A stretch of 64,000 bases of DNA from Candidatus Moraniibacteriota bacterium (GCA_026396275.1 JAPLXC010000002.1:10618-74617), one strand, 5' to 3'; shown: positions 10,104 through 18,987, numbered from the stretch's first letter. Numbers and translations are program-made. The notes: generated by a model not told the origin, from the sequence alone.

Positions 10104-10325
10104 TTAGAGATTTAAGTTGGAAAATATTTCATCCCACCGCAGGGATAAAAACAGCATCAGGTTGGAAAAAAGAAGCGCGCCGAACACGGAAAGGAAAATA
10201 GTCAATGTTAAAACCATCACGCTTTTGCTAAAAGAATACTTGATAACGTGATAAACAATAAAAAGCGCGGCGATAGTGAAAAATAAAAAAAGGATGAGAT
10301 AGAAAATTCCAAAAATAGCGATCAT
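10104..10325 (-). CDS. Small two-TM membrane protein, hypothetical
   Basis: 73 aa, entirely hydrophobic, packed 9 nt downstream of the bPH gene. Confidence 0.3.
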   Translation of the reverse strand: MIAIFGIFYLILFLFFTIAALFIVYHVIKYSFSKSVMVLTLTIFLSVFGALLFSNLMLFLSLRWDEIFSNLNL

Positions 10326-10385
10326 ACTAGTTTGTCTACTAATTATCCCGCTAAAGCGGGACCCCGCTGAGGCGGTGGCGAATCA

Positions 10386-10468
10386 AGTACTAATATACGA
10401 ATTTCAATTATGCCTAAGAAGGGTTTTGATAATTAGTATATTCGTATATGATTCGTAGTTCGTAGAGA
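10386..10468. repeat. TACGAAT/ATTCGTA heptamer cluster (inverted arms around a spacer) directly 3' of ruvB
   Basis: agtactaatatacgaattt ... ttagtatattcgtatatgattcgtagttcgtagag. One of seven similar clusters at gene boundaries. Confidence 0.55.
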
Positions 10469-11479
10469 TTACATCAGTTTTTGCTGATGATTACTGGGCA
10501 ACTTATGCCCCAAATGCCGAAAAGCGTTTTCGGTGACAACGCGCCCGCGGGGAGTCCTGGCTAAAAAGCCAATCTGAATGAGATACGGCTCAAATACATC
10601 TTCAATTGTTTGAATTTCCTCGGATGTCGCCGCCGCGATGGTCTGCACTCCCACCGGGCCTCCGTTGAATTTTAGAATTATTGTTTCCAGAATATGCCGG
10701 TCAATCAGTTCCAAGCCCACATCATCAATGTCCAACATTTTTAACGCCTGGCAGGTAACTTCGGCTGTTATCACATCGTGGTTGCTAATTTGAGCAAAGT
10801 CGCGCACGCGCTTTAGAATCCTGTTAGCCACCCGGGGGGTCTGCCGGCTGCGGACCGCCATTTCCCTGGCTGCGTCATTTTCCACATTCACGTCCAATAT
10901 CTTGCTGGAGCGATTAATTATTTTTTGAATTTCCTCCTCACCATAAAAGTCTAGACGGTGGATGATGCCGAACCGGTTGCGCAATGGATTGGAAATAGCG
11001 CCTAATCGGGTAGTGGCGCCAATCAAAGTAAAATGGGGAAGTTCCAGCTGAAGTGTGCGCGCTGATGGGCCCTTGCCGATGATTATATCAAGCTTGTGAT
11101 CCTCCATTGCTGGGTAAAGCACTTCTTCAATTAATTTATTAAGCCGGTGTATTTCATCAATAAAAAAAATATCTCCATCCTGAAGATTGGTAAGAATTGA
11201 TCCCAGATCTCCTACCCGCTCAATCGCCGGACCGGAAGTGATCTTGATGCTCGCTCCCATTTCCTTGGCAATAATGTAGGCCAGGGTTGTTTTCCCTAGT
11301 CCTGCCGGGCCGTAAAGGAGAACGTGTTCGATTGGCTCGCCGCGTTTTTTGGCTGCTTCAATGACAATTCGCAAATTTTTCTTTACTTTTTCCTGCCCGA
11401 CGTATTCAAAAAAGCTATTGGGCCGAAGCGTAGTGTCCAGTTTAACATCCTCAATTTTCTCACTGGAATTGGTGATCAT
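10469..11479 (-). CDS. ruvB: Holliday junction branch-migration helicase RuvB
   Basis: 336 aa. Walker [20 protein letters not shown]; full AAA+ and winged-helix layout. Confidence 0.92.
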   Translation of the reverse strand: MITNSSEKIEDVKLDTTLRPNSFFEYVGQEKVKKNLRIVIEAAKKRGEPIEHVLLYGPAGLGKTTLAYIIAKEMGASIKITSGPAIERVGDLGSILTNLQDGDIFFIDEIHRLNKLIEEVLYPAMEDHKLDIIIGKGPSARTLQLELPHFTLIGATTRLGAISNPLRNRFGIIHRLDFYGEEEIQKIINRSSKILDVNVENDAAREMAVRSRQTPRVANRILKRVRDFAQISNHDVITAEVTCQALKMLDIDDVGLELIDRHILETIILKFNGGPVGVQTIAAATSEEIQTIEDVFEPYLIQIGFLARTPRGRVVTENAFRHLGHKLPSNHQQKLM

Positions 11480-11851
11480 AAGCTGATGTAGATTTGTTCC
11501 TTAATTACCCGTTATTTGACCCCATATTAGAGAGTATACTACGATTTGACAAACTTTGAAAGTCGTGCTAAACTGGTCTGTCATCTGTAAATATGCGCTT
11601 TTGGGTGCAATTTCCGATGACTAGCAGTAAGCTGTAGACAATTGGTGGTGACTATCTTTTGCCATCAATTCAGGGAACTTTCTTGTCCAGATATGGGTGC
11701 AGGGGTTTCGGCTCTTGTTCTCCTCGACATTGTTCTCTCCCTGGGGATCACATTTCCAGGATTGTCTACAGATTAGTGATATATTCATGAAGCATGAAAC
11801 ATGCAACATGAAACAAATTAAAAAAGTTTTTTAACAAAGGAGGGAAGAAAG

Positions 11852-12019
11852 ATGGAAACGAGGTATTTAATTCAAATAATGATAACTTTCTTGGTTGGAG
11901 CGACTGTTGTTGGCTTTTCGGCTATCACAGGGATTTGGCATCCAAATAACCCTTGGGTTTTTGCTAGCGCGATGGCAATTGGGGGATTTGTTGGTTTTAT
12001 TGTTATTCCTATTTTCTGA
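11852..12019 (+). CDS. Small (55 aa) two-TM membrane protein, hypothetical
   Basis: ATG preceded by aaggagggaagaaag (RBS). Translates to METRYLIQIMITFLVGATVVGFSAITGIWHPNNPWVFASAMAIGGFVGFIVIPIF. Absent from the track because it is under 60 aa. Confidence 0.35.
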   Translation: METRYLIQIMITFLVGATVVGFSAITGIWHPNNPWVFASAMAIGGFVGFIVIPIF

Positions 12020-12049
12020 ACAAAAGTTTTGAGGAAGGAGGAGAAGACA

Positions 12050-12394
12050 ATGAAAATTGTTATTCTTGTGGGACTTTCAATATTAGCAGTAGGAGCTATT
12101 GGAGCAGCGATCAAATTCAGGAAAGACAAACTCGGGCTAGTGTTATTAATTCTTATGATTATAGGAGCTGCTGCAACATCCTTTGGTTTTTTAGCACTAG
12201 GTAAGCAAGACGGTTATTTGACATTACAAAATGAGTTGACAAAAGAAGTTGACCTCAACAAAGTTCCCATTAAAGGATACCATTCGTCTAATGCTAAAAT
12301 AACGATTGTTTACAAGGATGGTGAGATTGAAAAGGTTTTCCTGGTTAAAGGAACGACGGTCGAGGCGACAAAGAAATATCAACCCGGAGAATAA
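12050..12394 (+). CDS. Membrane-anchored hypothetical protein
   Basis: Start re-set to MKIVILVGLSIL behind the RBS gaggaaggaggag. Two TM helices, then a soluble beta-rich tail. Confidence 0.45.
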   Translation: MKIVILVGLSILAVGAIGAAIKFRKDKLGLVLLILMIIGAAATSFGFLALGKQDGYLTLQNELTKEVDLNKVPIKGYHSSNAKITIVYKDGEIEKVFLVKGTTVEATKKYQPGE

Positions 12395-12473
12395 TTGTGC
12401 TATTGCTCAAAAAAACTATAAAGGGACACGGAGAAATCCATGCCCTTTATTTTTTTATTAAACCCAAATGAAT

Positions 12474-12532
12474 TGTCATGCTGAACTCGATTCAGCATCT
12501 AATTAGATTCCGGCTCGAAGGCCGGAATGACA
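12474..12532. repeat. GTCAT-type modular double-hairpin palindromic element, full copy
   Basis: tgtcat-GCTGAActcgaTTCAGC-atctaattagat-TCCGGCtcgaagGCCGGA-atgaca. Ends 6 nt from the GIY-YIG stop codon. Confidence 0.7.
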
Positions 12533-12537
12533 AATAC

Positions 12538-12828
12538 TTATCCAAGCAATGTTTCACTTAAATCTTTCCATTTGGGATTACTTTTATTGATTAAATCAAT
12601 TTTCCATTCACGTTTCCAATTTTTAAGCTGTTTTTCTCTGGTTAAGGCGCTTCTGACATCTTCAGTCTGCTCAAAATATACTAATTTTTTCAAATTGTAT
12701 CTTTTAGTAAAACCATCAACCAGTTTATTTTTATGCTCATAAATTCTTTTAGATAAATTACCAGTAACTCCGGTATAAATTACTGTATTAATTTTATTGG
12801 TCAAAATGTAAACACAATATTGTTTCAT
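12538..12828 (-). CDS. Small stand-alone GIY-YIG nuclease (YhbQ/YazA-like URI domain)
   Basis: ATG start re-set; the track begins at an upstream TTG. MKQYCVYILTNKINTVIYTGVTGNLSKRIYEHKN is a GIY-YIG signature. About 96 aa. Confidence 0.7.
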   Translation of the reverse strand: MKQYCVYILTNKINTVIYTGVTGNLSKRIYEHKNKLVDGFTKRYNLKKLVYFEQTEDVRSALTREKQLKNWKREWKIDLINKSNPKWKDLSETLLG

Positions 12829-12831
12829 AAA

Positions 12832-12863
12832 AATTAGATCCCGGGTCAAGCCCGGGATGACAT
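12832..12863. repeat. GTCAT-type element, single-hairpin half copy, immediately 5' of the GIY-YIG start
   Basis: aattagat-CCCGGGtcaagCCCGGG-atgacat. Same scaffold as the 48139 copy. Confidence 0.55.
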
Positions 12864-12902
12864 TAAAGCAAAACTTTTGATTTTTGCATTTTGATTTTTT
12901 AT

Positions 12903-15900
12903 TTATTCTTCCGTTACTCTCTCCACTTCCTCCAATGTCGTCTCGCCTTCCAAAACCTTAAGGATCCCGTCCTGCTGCATAGTGAGCATTCCGTTTTCAA
13001 TGGCTTTGTCGCGGATGTGGGTGGAAAGTTCGTTAGCATAAATCATTTCCTGGACGGCTTTGTCAATTACTAAGACCTCACTCACAGTGGTACGGCCTTT
13101 GTAGCCGATGCCGTTGCATTTGGCGCACCCTTTGGGCTTGTAAATGTAACTTCCGGGGGGAATTTTTACTCCCGCTTTGGGTGAAATTGACTTAATAATA
13201 TTTTTTATCTTTTCTTTTTCTTCCGCGGTGGGCTTAATTTTTTCCCGGCACTCACAAAGTTTTCGCACCAGCCGCTGCGCCATAAATCCATTGGCGGCGG
13301 TGGCTAAATCATCGGTTCTCACTCCCATATTGAGAAGGCGGGGAATAGCGCCGGGCGCGTCATTGGTATGCAAAGTTGATAAAACCAAATGTCCAGTGAG
13401 CGCCGATTGAACAGCGATGCCGGCTGTTTCCTCATCGCGGATTTCACCAATCATCATAATGTCGGGGTTTTGGCGAAGAAGCGAGCGCAGGGCCGTGGGA
13501 AAAGTGTATCCTTCTTTGTCACTAACCTGTGTTTGTAAAATCCCCGTCAGCTGGTATTCAATCGGATCCTCCACGGTGATTACTTTAACTTCGGGTTTAT
13601 TGAGCACCCGCAGCAAACTGTAAAGCGTCGTTGTTTTTCCGGATCCGGTGGGACCGGTATTGAGAAAAAATCCATTGGGCTTTTTGATTTCATGAAGGAT
13701 TTTATCCAGATTTTGTTTTCTGATCCCCAGTTTATCAACATCCAGCGCCACCGCTCCCCGATTGAGAAGGCGCATCACGACTGTTTCTCCGTAGCCGCCT
13801 AAAATTATGGAAACGCGCACGTCCACTTTTATTTCAGTTATATTTTTAAACGGCCGGTCTATGGCTATGGAAAAACGGCTGTCTTTTACTCCTTGGCGAA
13901 GTTCAGCTTTAAGCCCGGAAAGTATTTTTATCTCTCCTAAAAATGTCGGGTATTCATTGAGGGGAATCCGCCCGATGGTTTGCAAAATCCCGTCAATGCG
14001 AAGGCGCACCAAGACCTCTTTCTCTTCCGGCTCGATATGAATATCGCCGGCGGAAAGCAAAAGCGCCGCCGCGATAACGTAGCGCAGAGCGTCTTTTTGA
14101 TTAGCGCCTTTCAAAAACTCGGCGAATTTTTCGAAGGAGGATGTATTTTTAGAAACCTTTTCCAAATCTTCTTGAGGTATTTCGATCGCCCGGGAAAGCG
14201 ACTGCTCCATTAATTTTTCATAAATCTCTTCAAGGAATTCGGTTTGCCCCGTCACCCGCCATACCTCTTCCAGTGAAGTGATTCCCTCAATGGCTTTCAT
14301 GATCCCATCTTGCGCCATAGTTATCATGCCTTCTTCCAAAGCGGCTTGAGTTATTTCTCCTTCGCTGGCCATGTTTAAAATAAGTTTTTCGATTGATTCG
14401 CTCATGGTGAGAACCTCGAAAACTCCGATTCTCCCCCGATATCCCAGATTATGGCAACGGGGGCAACCTTTTGGCCGATATAATTGAAGGATATCTTTGG
14501 GGATTTCCATTTTTGACTTCGGGGAGATTATCGCCAGAATCTTTTTGATTGAGTTGGCTGTTTCCTTGGCGGGCTGATAGACCTCCCGGCAGTGAGGACA
14601 AATTTTTCGCACCAGGCGCTGGGCGATAAGAGCGCTCACCGCTGGAGCAATAAGGTTGGGTTTGACTCCCAATTCTATCAGGCGCGGAACAGCGCCAGCC
14701 GCGCTGTTGGTGTGAATCGTGGAAAGCACCAGATGCCCAGTTAGTGCGGCGTTAAGGGCAATGTCGGCCGTTTCTTCGTCGCGGATCTCGCCAACCAGAA
14801 TCACGTCCGGATCCTGTCGCACTATCGCCCGCAATCCCTTTTCGAAAGTGTACCCCCGGCTCTTGGACACCTGCGTCTGGGAGATTCCTTTTATTTCATA
14901 TTCCACCGGGTCTTCAATAGTTATTATTTTCACTCCCGGTACATTGATCCGGTTAAGAACGGCGTAAAGCGTTGTGGTTTTCCCGGATCCGGTGGGGCCG
15001 GTGTTGAGAATCATCCCATGGGGCTTTTCTGTCTGTTTTTGCACTTGCTCATAAGCTAGTCCCCGCAATCCCAGTTCCTCAACTCTCAAGAGGACATCGG
15101 CTTGATTGAGAAGACGCATCACGATGCTCTCTCCGCGGTTTCCGGGAATGATGCTGACGCGGATATTGATTAGCCCGTTTTCCAGATTGACATTGAAGTG
15201 CCCGTCCTGGGCAATATCACGGATGTTGAGTTTCATTCCTCCCATCATTTTCACCCGCGATATGATGAAGCGGTAAATATCCAGAGGCAGATATCCGACA
15301 TCCTGCAGAACTCCGTCCAGGCGATAGCGCAGACGCACTTCTTCTTCCTGCGGCTCAAAATGAATGTCGCTGGCTTTCATCTTCACCGCCCCGGCCATAA
15401 TGGTAGTGATAATCTGGGTGGTGGGAATTTCCCGGATCCTTTTTTTGAGTTCCAGCAGATCCTTGAATTCCCTTTCAAATTCTTCAAGGTCTTTTCCGCT
15501 AAGAGACAGGCGGAGAGCGTCCAGATTTTCCAAAAGCGGTGTCTCTTTATACTTATTCAGGGCTTTGCTAAGCGAAGAAAGCGAAACGACATAAAGGCGG
15601 ATGTTCCAACCATTTTCTTGCTGAAGTTTTTTGACGTAATCCAGTGTTTCACGGCTTCCGGGATTGGTCAGCGCCAGCCGGATGTTTTTCCCAGCTTTCT
15701 GAAAGACGGCCACTTGAAAACGGCGCGCCTCCTCTTCGGGAAGAGAGCGAAGCTCATCGCCGCTCAAAGGAAAGAGATTGAGATCAACGTAAAAAAGATT
15801 GTGTTTTTTGGCCAGCGCCGCGGCTTGTTCTTCTTCCGATTCCTTACGCATTCGCCGCAGGACTTGAGACGCCCTGATATCTTTTTCTTTATCAGCCGGC

Positions 15901-15950
15901 AGTGTTTTGCGGAAAACTTTAACCATAGAGTTACGACTATTGTACCGCAT
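12903..15950 (-). CDS. pilB: Tandem-fused double GspE/PilB-type secretion/pilus assembly ATPase
   Basis: 1015 aa = two complete GspE modules. Each has an N1 domain, Walker A (LNTGPTGSGKTTTLYAVL / FLNTGPTGSGKTTTLYSLL), Walker B (DPDVILVGEIRD / NPDIMMIGEIRD), a His box (LTGHLVLSTIHTN / LTGHLVLSTLHTN) and a C4 zinc knuckle (CPHC..CPRC / CECRE..CAKC). Confidence 0.85.
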   Translation of the reverse strand: MRYNSRNSMVKVFRKTLPADKEKDIRASQVLRRMRKESEEEQAAALAKKHNLFYVDLNLFPLSGDELRSLPEEEARRFQVAVFQKAGKNIRLALTNPGSRETLDYVKKLQQENGWNIRLYVVSLSSLSKALNKYKETPLLENLDALRLSLSGKDLEEFEREFKDLLELKKRIREIPTTQIITTIMAGAVKMKASDIHFEPQEEEVRLRYRLDGVLQDVGYLPLDIYRFIISRVKMMGGMKLNIRDIAQDGHFNVNLENGLINIRVSIIPGNRGESIVMRLLNQADVLLRVEELGLRGLAYEQVQKQTEKPHGMILNTGPTGSGKTTTLYAVLNRINVPGVKIITIEDPVEYEIKGISQTQVSKSRGYTFEKGLRAIVRQDPDVILVGEIRDEETADIALNAALTGHLVLSTIHTNSAAGAVPRLIELGVKPNLIAPAVSALIAQRLVRKICPHCREVYQPAKETANSIKKILAIISPKSKMEIPKDILQLYRPKGCPRCHNLGYRGRIGVFEVLTMSESIEKLILNMASEGEITQAALEEGMITMAQDGIMKAIEGITSLEEVWRVTGQTEFLEEIYEKLMEQSLSRAIEIPQEDLEKVSKNTSSFEKFAEFLKGANQKDALRYVIAAALLLSAGDIHIEPEEKEVLVRLRIDGILQTIGRIPLNEYPTFLGEIKILSGLKAELRQGVKDSRFSIAIDRPFKNITEIKVDVRVSIILGGYGETVVMRLLNRGAVALDVDKLGIRKQNLDKILHEIKKPNGFFLNTGPTGSGKTTTLYSLLRVLNKPEVKVITVEDPIEYQLTGILQTQVSDKEGYTFPTALRSLLRQNPDIMMIGEIRDEETAGIAVQSALTGHLVLSTLHTNDAPGAIPRLLNMGVRTDDLATAANGFMAQRLVRKLCECREKIKPTAEEKEKIKNIIKSISPKAGVKIPPGSYIYKPKGCAKCNGIGYKGRTTVSEVLVIDKAVQEMIYANELSTHIRDKAIENGMLTMQQDGILKVLEGETTLEEVERVTEE

Positions 15951-15963
15951 TTTACACTGGCGA

Positions 15964-15996
15964 GCAAAAATAAAAAGTCAGAATATATTCTGGCTT
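15964..15996 (-). terminator. Putative intrinsic terminator after the DHH gene
   Basis: agccagaatatattctgact hairpin (1 mismatch) followed on the minus strand by tttttatttttg. Confidence 0.4.
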
Positions 15997-16032
15997 TCTT
16001 TAATTTCTTTTTCCGAAGGCAGTTAAAAAAAT

Positions 16033-17190
16033 TTAAAACGGAGTCGGGGAGCTTTGCTCTGTTATTTTTGAAAGTTTATTCACGATTTCCTGCTCGGCTT
16101 CGATCATGTCTTTTCCGCGCAGGCGAAAAGTAACAGAGTCCTGAAAGACACTCCCGCCAAAAAGAGAAGAAATTTTACCCAGGTCCTCCGCTTTGGCGCA
16201 TTTGGCTATTCCGGCTAAAGTGTCAGTTGTTTCATTGTAAAATACTAGAAATATTCTTCCCGTTGAATAATTATCTTTAATTTTCTCTAAAATTAAAGGA
16301 AGGTCCTTAGGATTGCTTCGGCTCTGAACAAAGTCCTCTAGATACACCGGAGCCCAGACCAGCCCCAGATTTTCATCCCACTTAAGCCGGGCCATTACCC
16401 GTCCCCAGAGCTTCAAAATATGAAGCGGCTGGGTCTTATACAAGTATCTTACGATTCTCTTCTGATCGGCTCCTTTTTCCATCAGTTTAGCCGCAATGGT
16501 TAAGGCCTTGGGAGTGGTATTTCTTTTTTGAAAACTATTAGTGGCACTGATGATTCCGGCCAAAAGGCAATTGACTATCGTCTCATCCAGGGAGAAAGGA
16601 TCCAGTGACTCAATCAGTCCTGCGAGAATTTCGGCAGTTGATGAAGCGGTCATATCTACAAAATTAATCTGCCCGAAATTATCATTAGTGCTATGATGAT
16701 CAATGTTTACAATTGGAACTTCGTAAAATATGTCTGAGTTTTCTTCGTATAATTTTCCGACTGATTCCTTGTCAGGGCAGTCAAGCACCACCACGAGATC
16801 ATATTTGAACTTTGCCGGAATAAAAGAAAAATCCTGGGGATCAATCGCGCCGCGTTCGGGAGTAATATAGATTTTGAATTCTTCCCCTTCAGTGGCAGTC
16901 CGCACATTTGTTATTTTGTTCAAACGGGTGTTAAAAGACAGCATGAAATCCCGCGCGCCGGAAATACGATGGGTAATTTCTTTGGGCTGGGGAAGAAAAT
17001 GGAATTTTTGAACGCTTCCCGTATCATCGGAAAAAGCGAGAGTTGCTTCAATTCCTTTTCTTTTGAGAAAAAAATAAAAAGCCCAGCCGGAGCCGATAGC
17101 GTCTCCAGTCGGGTTTTGAGGAAGAAATATCAAGACCTGTTTGGCCTGACCTAAAAGATTTTTCAATTGCTGAATTGGCTCTAGGGCCAT
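16033..17190 (-). CDS. DHH-family phosphoesterase (NrnA-like oligoribonuclease/pAp phosphatase)
   Basis: 385 aa. DHH motif VNIDHHSTNDNFG and a downstream DHHA1-like region. Confidence 0.7.
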   Translation of the reverse strand: MALEPIQQLKNLLGQAKQVLIFLPQNPTGDAIGSGWAFYFFLKRKGIEATLAFSDDTGSVQKFHFLPQPKEITHRISGARDFMLSFNTRLNKITNVRTATEGEEFKIYITPERGAIDPQDFSFIPAKFKYDLVVVLDCPDKESVGKLYEENSDIFYEVPIVNIDHHSTNDNFGQINFVDMTASSTAEILAGLIESLDPFSLDETIVNCLLAGIISATNSFQKRNTTPKALTIAAKLMEKGADQKRIVRYLYKTQPLHILKLWGRVMARLKWDENLGLVWAPVYLEDFVQSRSNPKDLPLILEKIKDNYSTGRIFLVFYNETTDTLAGIAKCAKAEDLGKISSLFGGSVFQDSVTFRLRGKDMIEAEQEIVNKLSKITEQSSPTPF

Positions 17191-17282
17191 AATGATGACT
17201 TGTTAGCTTATTAACGAAAGAAAACTGTTTCTGGGTTGATATTACAAGATAGCAGGGTCGCATTTGGGTGTCAAGCCGGCGC

Positions 17283-17311
17283 TTGACTTTTCCCTTGTTT
17301 GGGTGTATAAT
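17283..17311 (+). promoter_or_regulatory. Sigma70-type promoter (TTGACT-17nt-TATAAT)
   Basis: TTGACT at 17283-17288, exactly 17 nt spacer, TATAAT at 17306-17311, about 70 nt upstream of the Gly/Tyr-rich protein start. RBS aaagggaaaggagg. Confidence 0.6.
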
Positions 17312-17385
17312 TGCTGGAAGATTTGGTAAAGACAGATTTGAAATAACATCTATAAATCCCTTAAATAAAGGGAAAGGAGGATGAG

Positions 17386-17757
17386 GTGAAAAGGTTAACT
17401 TTAGTTCTTTTAGTTATTTTCATTGTCGCAGTATTGTTGGTTCCCACGGCATCATTTGCCTGGGACCGGGGACATCGCGGCGGACATGGTGGCGGTTATT
17501 ACGGTGGCGGTCATTACTATCATGGTGGTGGTCATTATGGTGGTAATTTCTGGGGCGGGGTTGCTGTAGGAATTATCGGAGGAGCTGTTGCAGGTGCACT
17601 TACTTCTCCGTACTATTCTCCGTACTATTACACTCCAGCACCAGTCTACACCACGTCTTCGGATTGCCGGAGGATAATGGTAGTGGACCGGTATGGTTAC
17701 CTGGTTCGTGAATATGAAGAGTGTTACCCTAACCCTGTTTACATTCGAAGATGGTAA
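17386..17757 (+). CDS. Secreted Gly/Tyr/His-rich low-complexity protein
   Basis: 123 aa. Signal peptide MKRLTLVLLVIFIVAVLLVPTASFA, then GHRGGHGGGYYGGGHYYHGGGHYGG repeats. Confidence 0.5.
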   Translation: MKRLTLVLLVIFIVAVLLVPTASFAWDRGHRGGHGGGYYGGGHYYHGGGHYGGNFWGGVAVGIIGGAVAGALTSPYYSPYYYTPAPVYTTSSDCRRIMVVDRYGYLVREYEECYPNPVYIRRW

Positions 17758-17775
17758 TACTCTATCAAAAACTAA

Positions 17776-17812
17776 AGGCAGATTGAGTTTCAGTCTGCCT
17801 TTTATCTTTTTT
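17776..17812 (+). terminator. Intrinsic terminator
   Basis: aggcaga-ttgagtttcag-tctgcct followed by tttatctttttt. Confidence 0.55.
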
Positions 17813-17838
17813 ACATTTCTTGTTAACATAAAAACAGT

Positions 17839-18318
17839 ATGAAATCTTATATCACCAACAGCTCCGCGGAAACCAAAAAACTGGGCGAATTACTCGCCCG
17901 CGAGCTTTACGGCGGGGAAATAATTTGTCTTTCCGGTGAACTGGGTTCCGGCAAGACCACATTTGCGCAAGGGCTTCTCAAGGGACTAAAAATAAAAGGA
18001 CCGCACACGAGCCCTACGTTTGTGATAATAAAACAATATCACGTAGCACGTAACACTAAACACATAACAAATAAGAAATCAGAGTTGTTACGTGATATGT
18101 GCTATGTGTTATGTGACATCTACCATATCGACGCCTATCGTGTTACTGCTAAAGATATCTTAAATCTTGGTTGGGGGGAAATTATAAAAGATAAAAGTAA
18201 TATAATAATCGTAGAATGGGCCGACCGGATAAGAAAAATAATTCCCAAAGGGGCCACTCGGATTAAGTTTGAGTGGGTAAGTGAAAATAAAAGAAAAATT
18301 ACCCTCATGTCATCCTGA
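17839..18318 (+). CDS. tsaE: tRNA t6A37 threonylcarbamoyladenosine biosynthesis protein TsaE, carrying an in-frame palindromic insertion
   Basis: GELGSGKTTFAQGL, SPTFVIIKQY and YHIDAYR motifs are present. Between SPTF..Y and YHxDxYR there are about 27 aa (HVARNTKHITNKKSELLRDMCYVLCDI) where E. coli YjeE has about 7. Confidence 0.75.
   Translation: MKSYITNSSAETKKLGELLARELYGGEIICLSGELGSGKTTFAQGLLKGLKIKGPHTSPTFVIIKQYHVARNTKHITNKKSELLRDMCYVLCDIYHIDAYRVTAKDILNLGWGEIIKDKSNIIIVEWADRIRKIIPKGATRIKFEWVSENKRKITLMSS
18038..18118. repeat. CAYRTAACA-family imperfect palindrome inserted in frame within tsaE
   Basis: atcacgtagcacgtaacactaaacacataacaaataag aaatcagag ttgttacgtgatatgtgctatgtgttatgtgacat. The arms pair cacgtaac/gttacgtg and cacataaca/tgttatgtg. 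Confidence 0.6.
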
Positions 18319-18489
18319 ATTCATTTCAGGATCTAATACCAACACATTAAATTACCAGTTGACTTTTTTAACCATGGCTGGAAATTTAAACCGGAATTTT
18401 TGGAAAATAAAAAAGACAGATGAATTACAAACTGCCTAAAATTTGGATTGGGGATGCTCGCGAAGATTCTCGCAAGCATTCCCGAAAAA

Positions 18490-18987
18490 TTAATCCCGCT
18501 GGAGTCTTTCTACTACTACTGCAATAGCTGGAAGAAGAGTTTCCGCTTCATCTTTTGTCCTTATCTCTTCAGAAAAAGCGATTTGCAGTCCGCAACGGTC
18601 ATCATAACTGCTTGTGTAGTTCATAACAACCGCTCCTCTCCTGATTTTTTTAACTTCCTTTTCGAGATCAGCTGTGGTAAACTTCCACGACTCATTGTGC
18701 TTCCAACCGCTTCTGTTTTCGAAACGGTTTGGATACGCAAAGAACCAATAACTGTTGATGTCGTGCGTGATCGCTACATGCCTCGATCTGATAACGGTTA
18801 TGTCGTTAACTGCATCCGTCTTGGCATGCCTGAATTCTTTTATCGGCACAGTTTTGATTTTTCCTGACCGTGCCAAATTTTCCAAACCCTTGAGAACACT
18901 GGCTAATGTTCTCTTTGCTTCTTCTGTTGGAAGGGTAAGTATCCCTTCCACAAGTTCTTCATAACTAAGCGTCTTCTTCTGGTCCAT
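18490..18987 (-). CDS. Hypothetical protein (orphan)
   Basis: 165 aa with no recognisable motif. Flanked by AT-rich non-coding DNA of 171 bp and 381 bp. The overlapping plus-strand ORF 18448..18867 is judged spurious. Confidence 0.35.
   Translation of the reverse strand: MDQKKTLSYEELVEGILTLPTEEAKRTLASVLKGLENLARSGKIKTVPIKEFRHAKTDAVNDITVIRSRHVAITHDINSYWFFAYPNRFENRSGWKHNESWKFTTADLEKEVKKIRRGAVVMNYTSSYDDRCGLQIAFSEEIRTKDEAETLLPAIAVVVERLQRD

Noticed and set aside
12395-12473. Possible promoter or terminator in cccaaatgaattgtcatgctgaactcgattcagcat
   Set aside because: The hairpin belongs to the GTCAT repeat element, and there is no U-tract in the orientation needed for the GIY-YIG gene. Treated as part of the element rather than a standalone terminator.
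15198-16133. 311-aa plus-strand ORF (and 13177.., 13417.., 13807.., 13980.., 14719.., 15364.. ORFs) overlapping the PilB gene
   Set aside because: These are antisense to a strongly supported 1015-aa ATPase CDS. Composition is low-complexity R/F/L-rich, typical of shadow ORFs.
18448-18867. 139-aa plus-strand ORF overlapping the 18490..18987 minus-strand ORF
   Set aside because: Only one of the two can be real. The minus-strand ORF is longer and more protein-like, and neither has a recognisable motif. Kept the minus one at low confidence.
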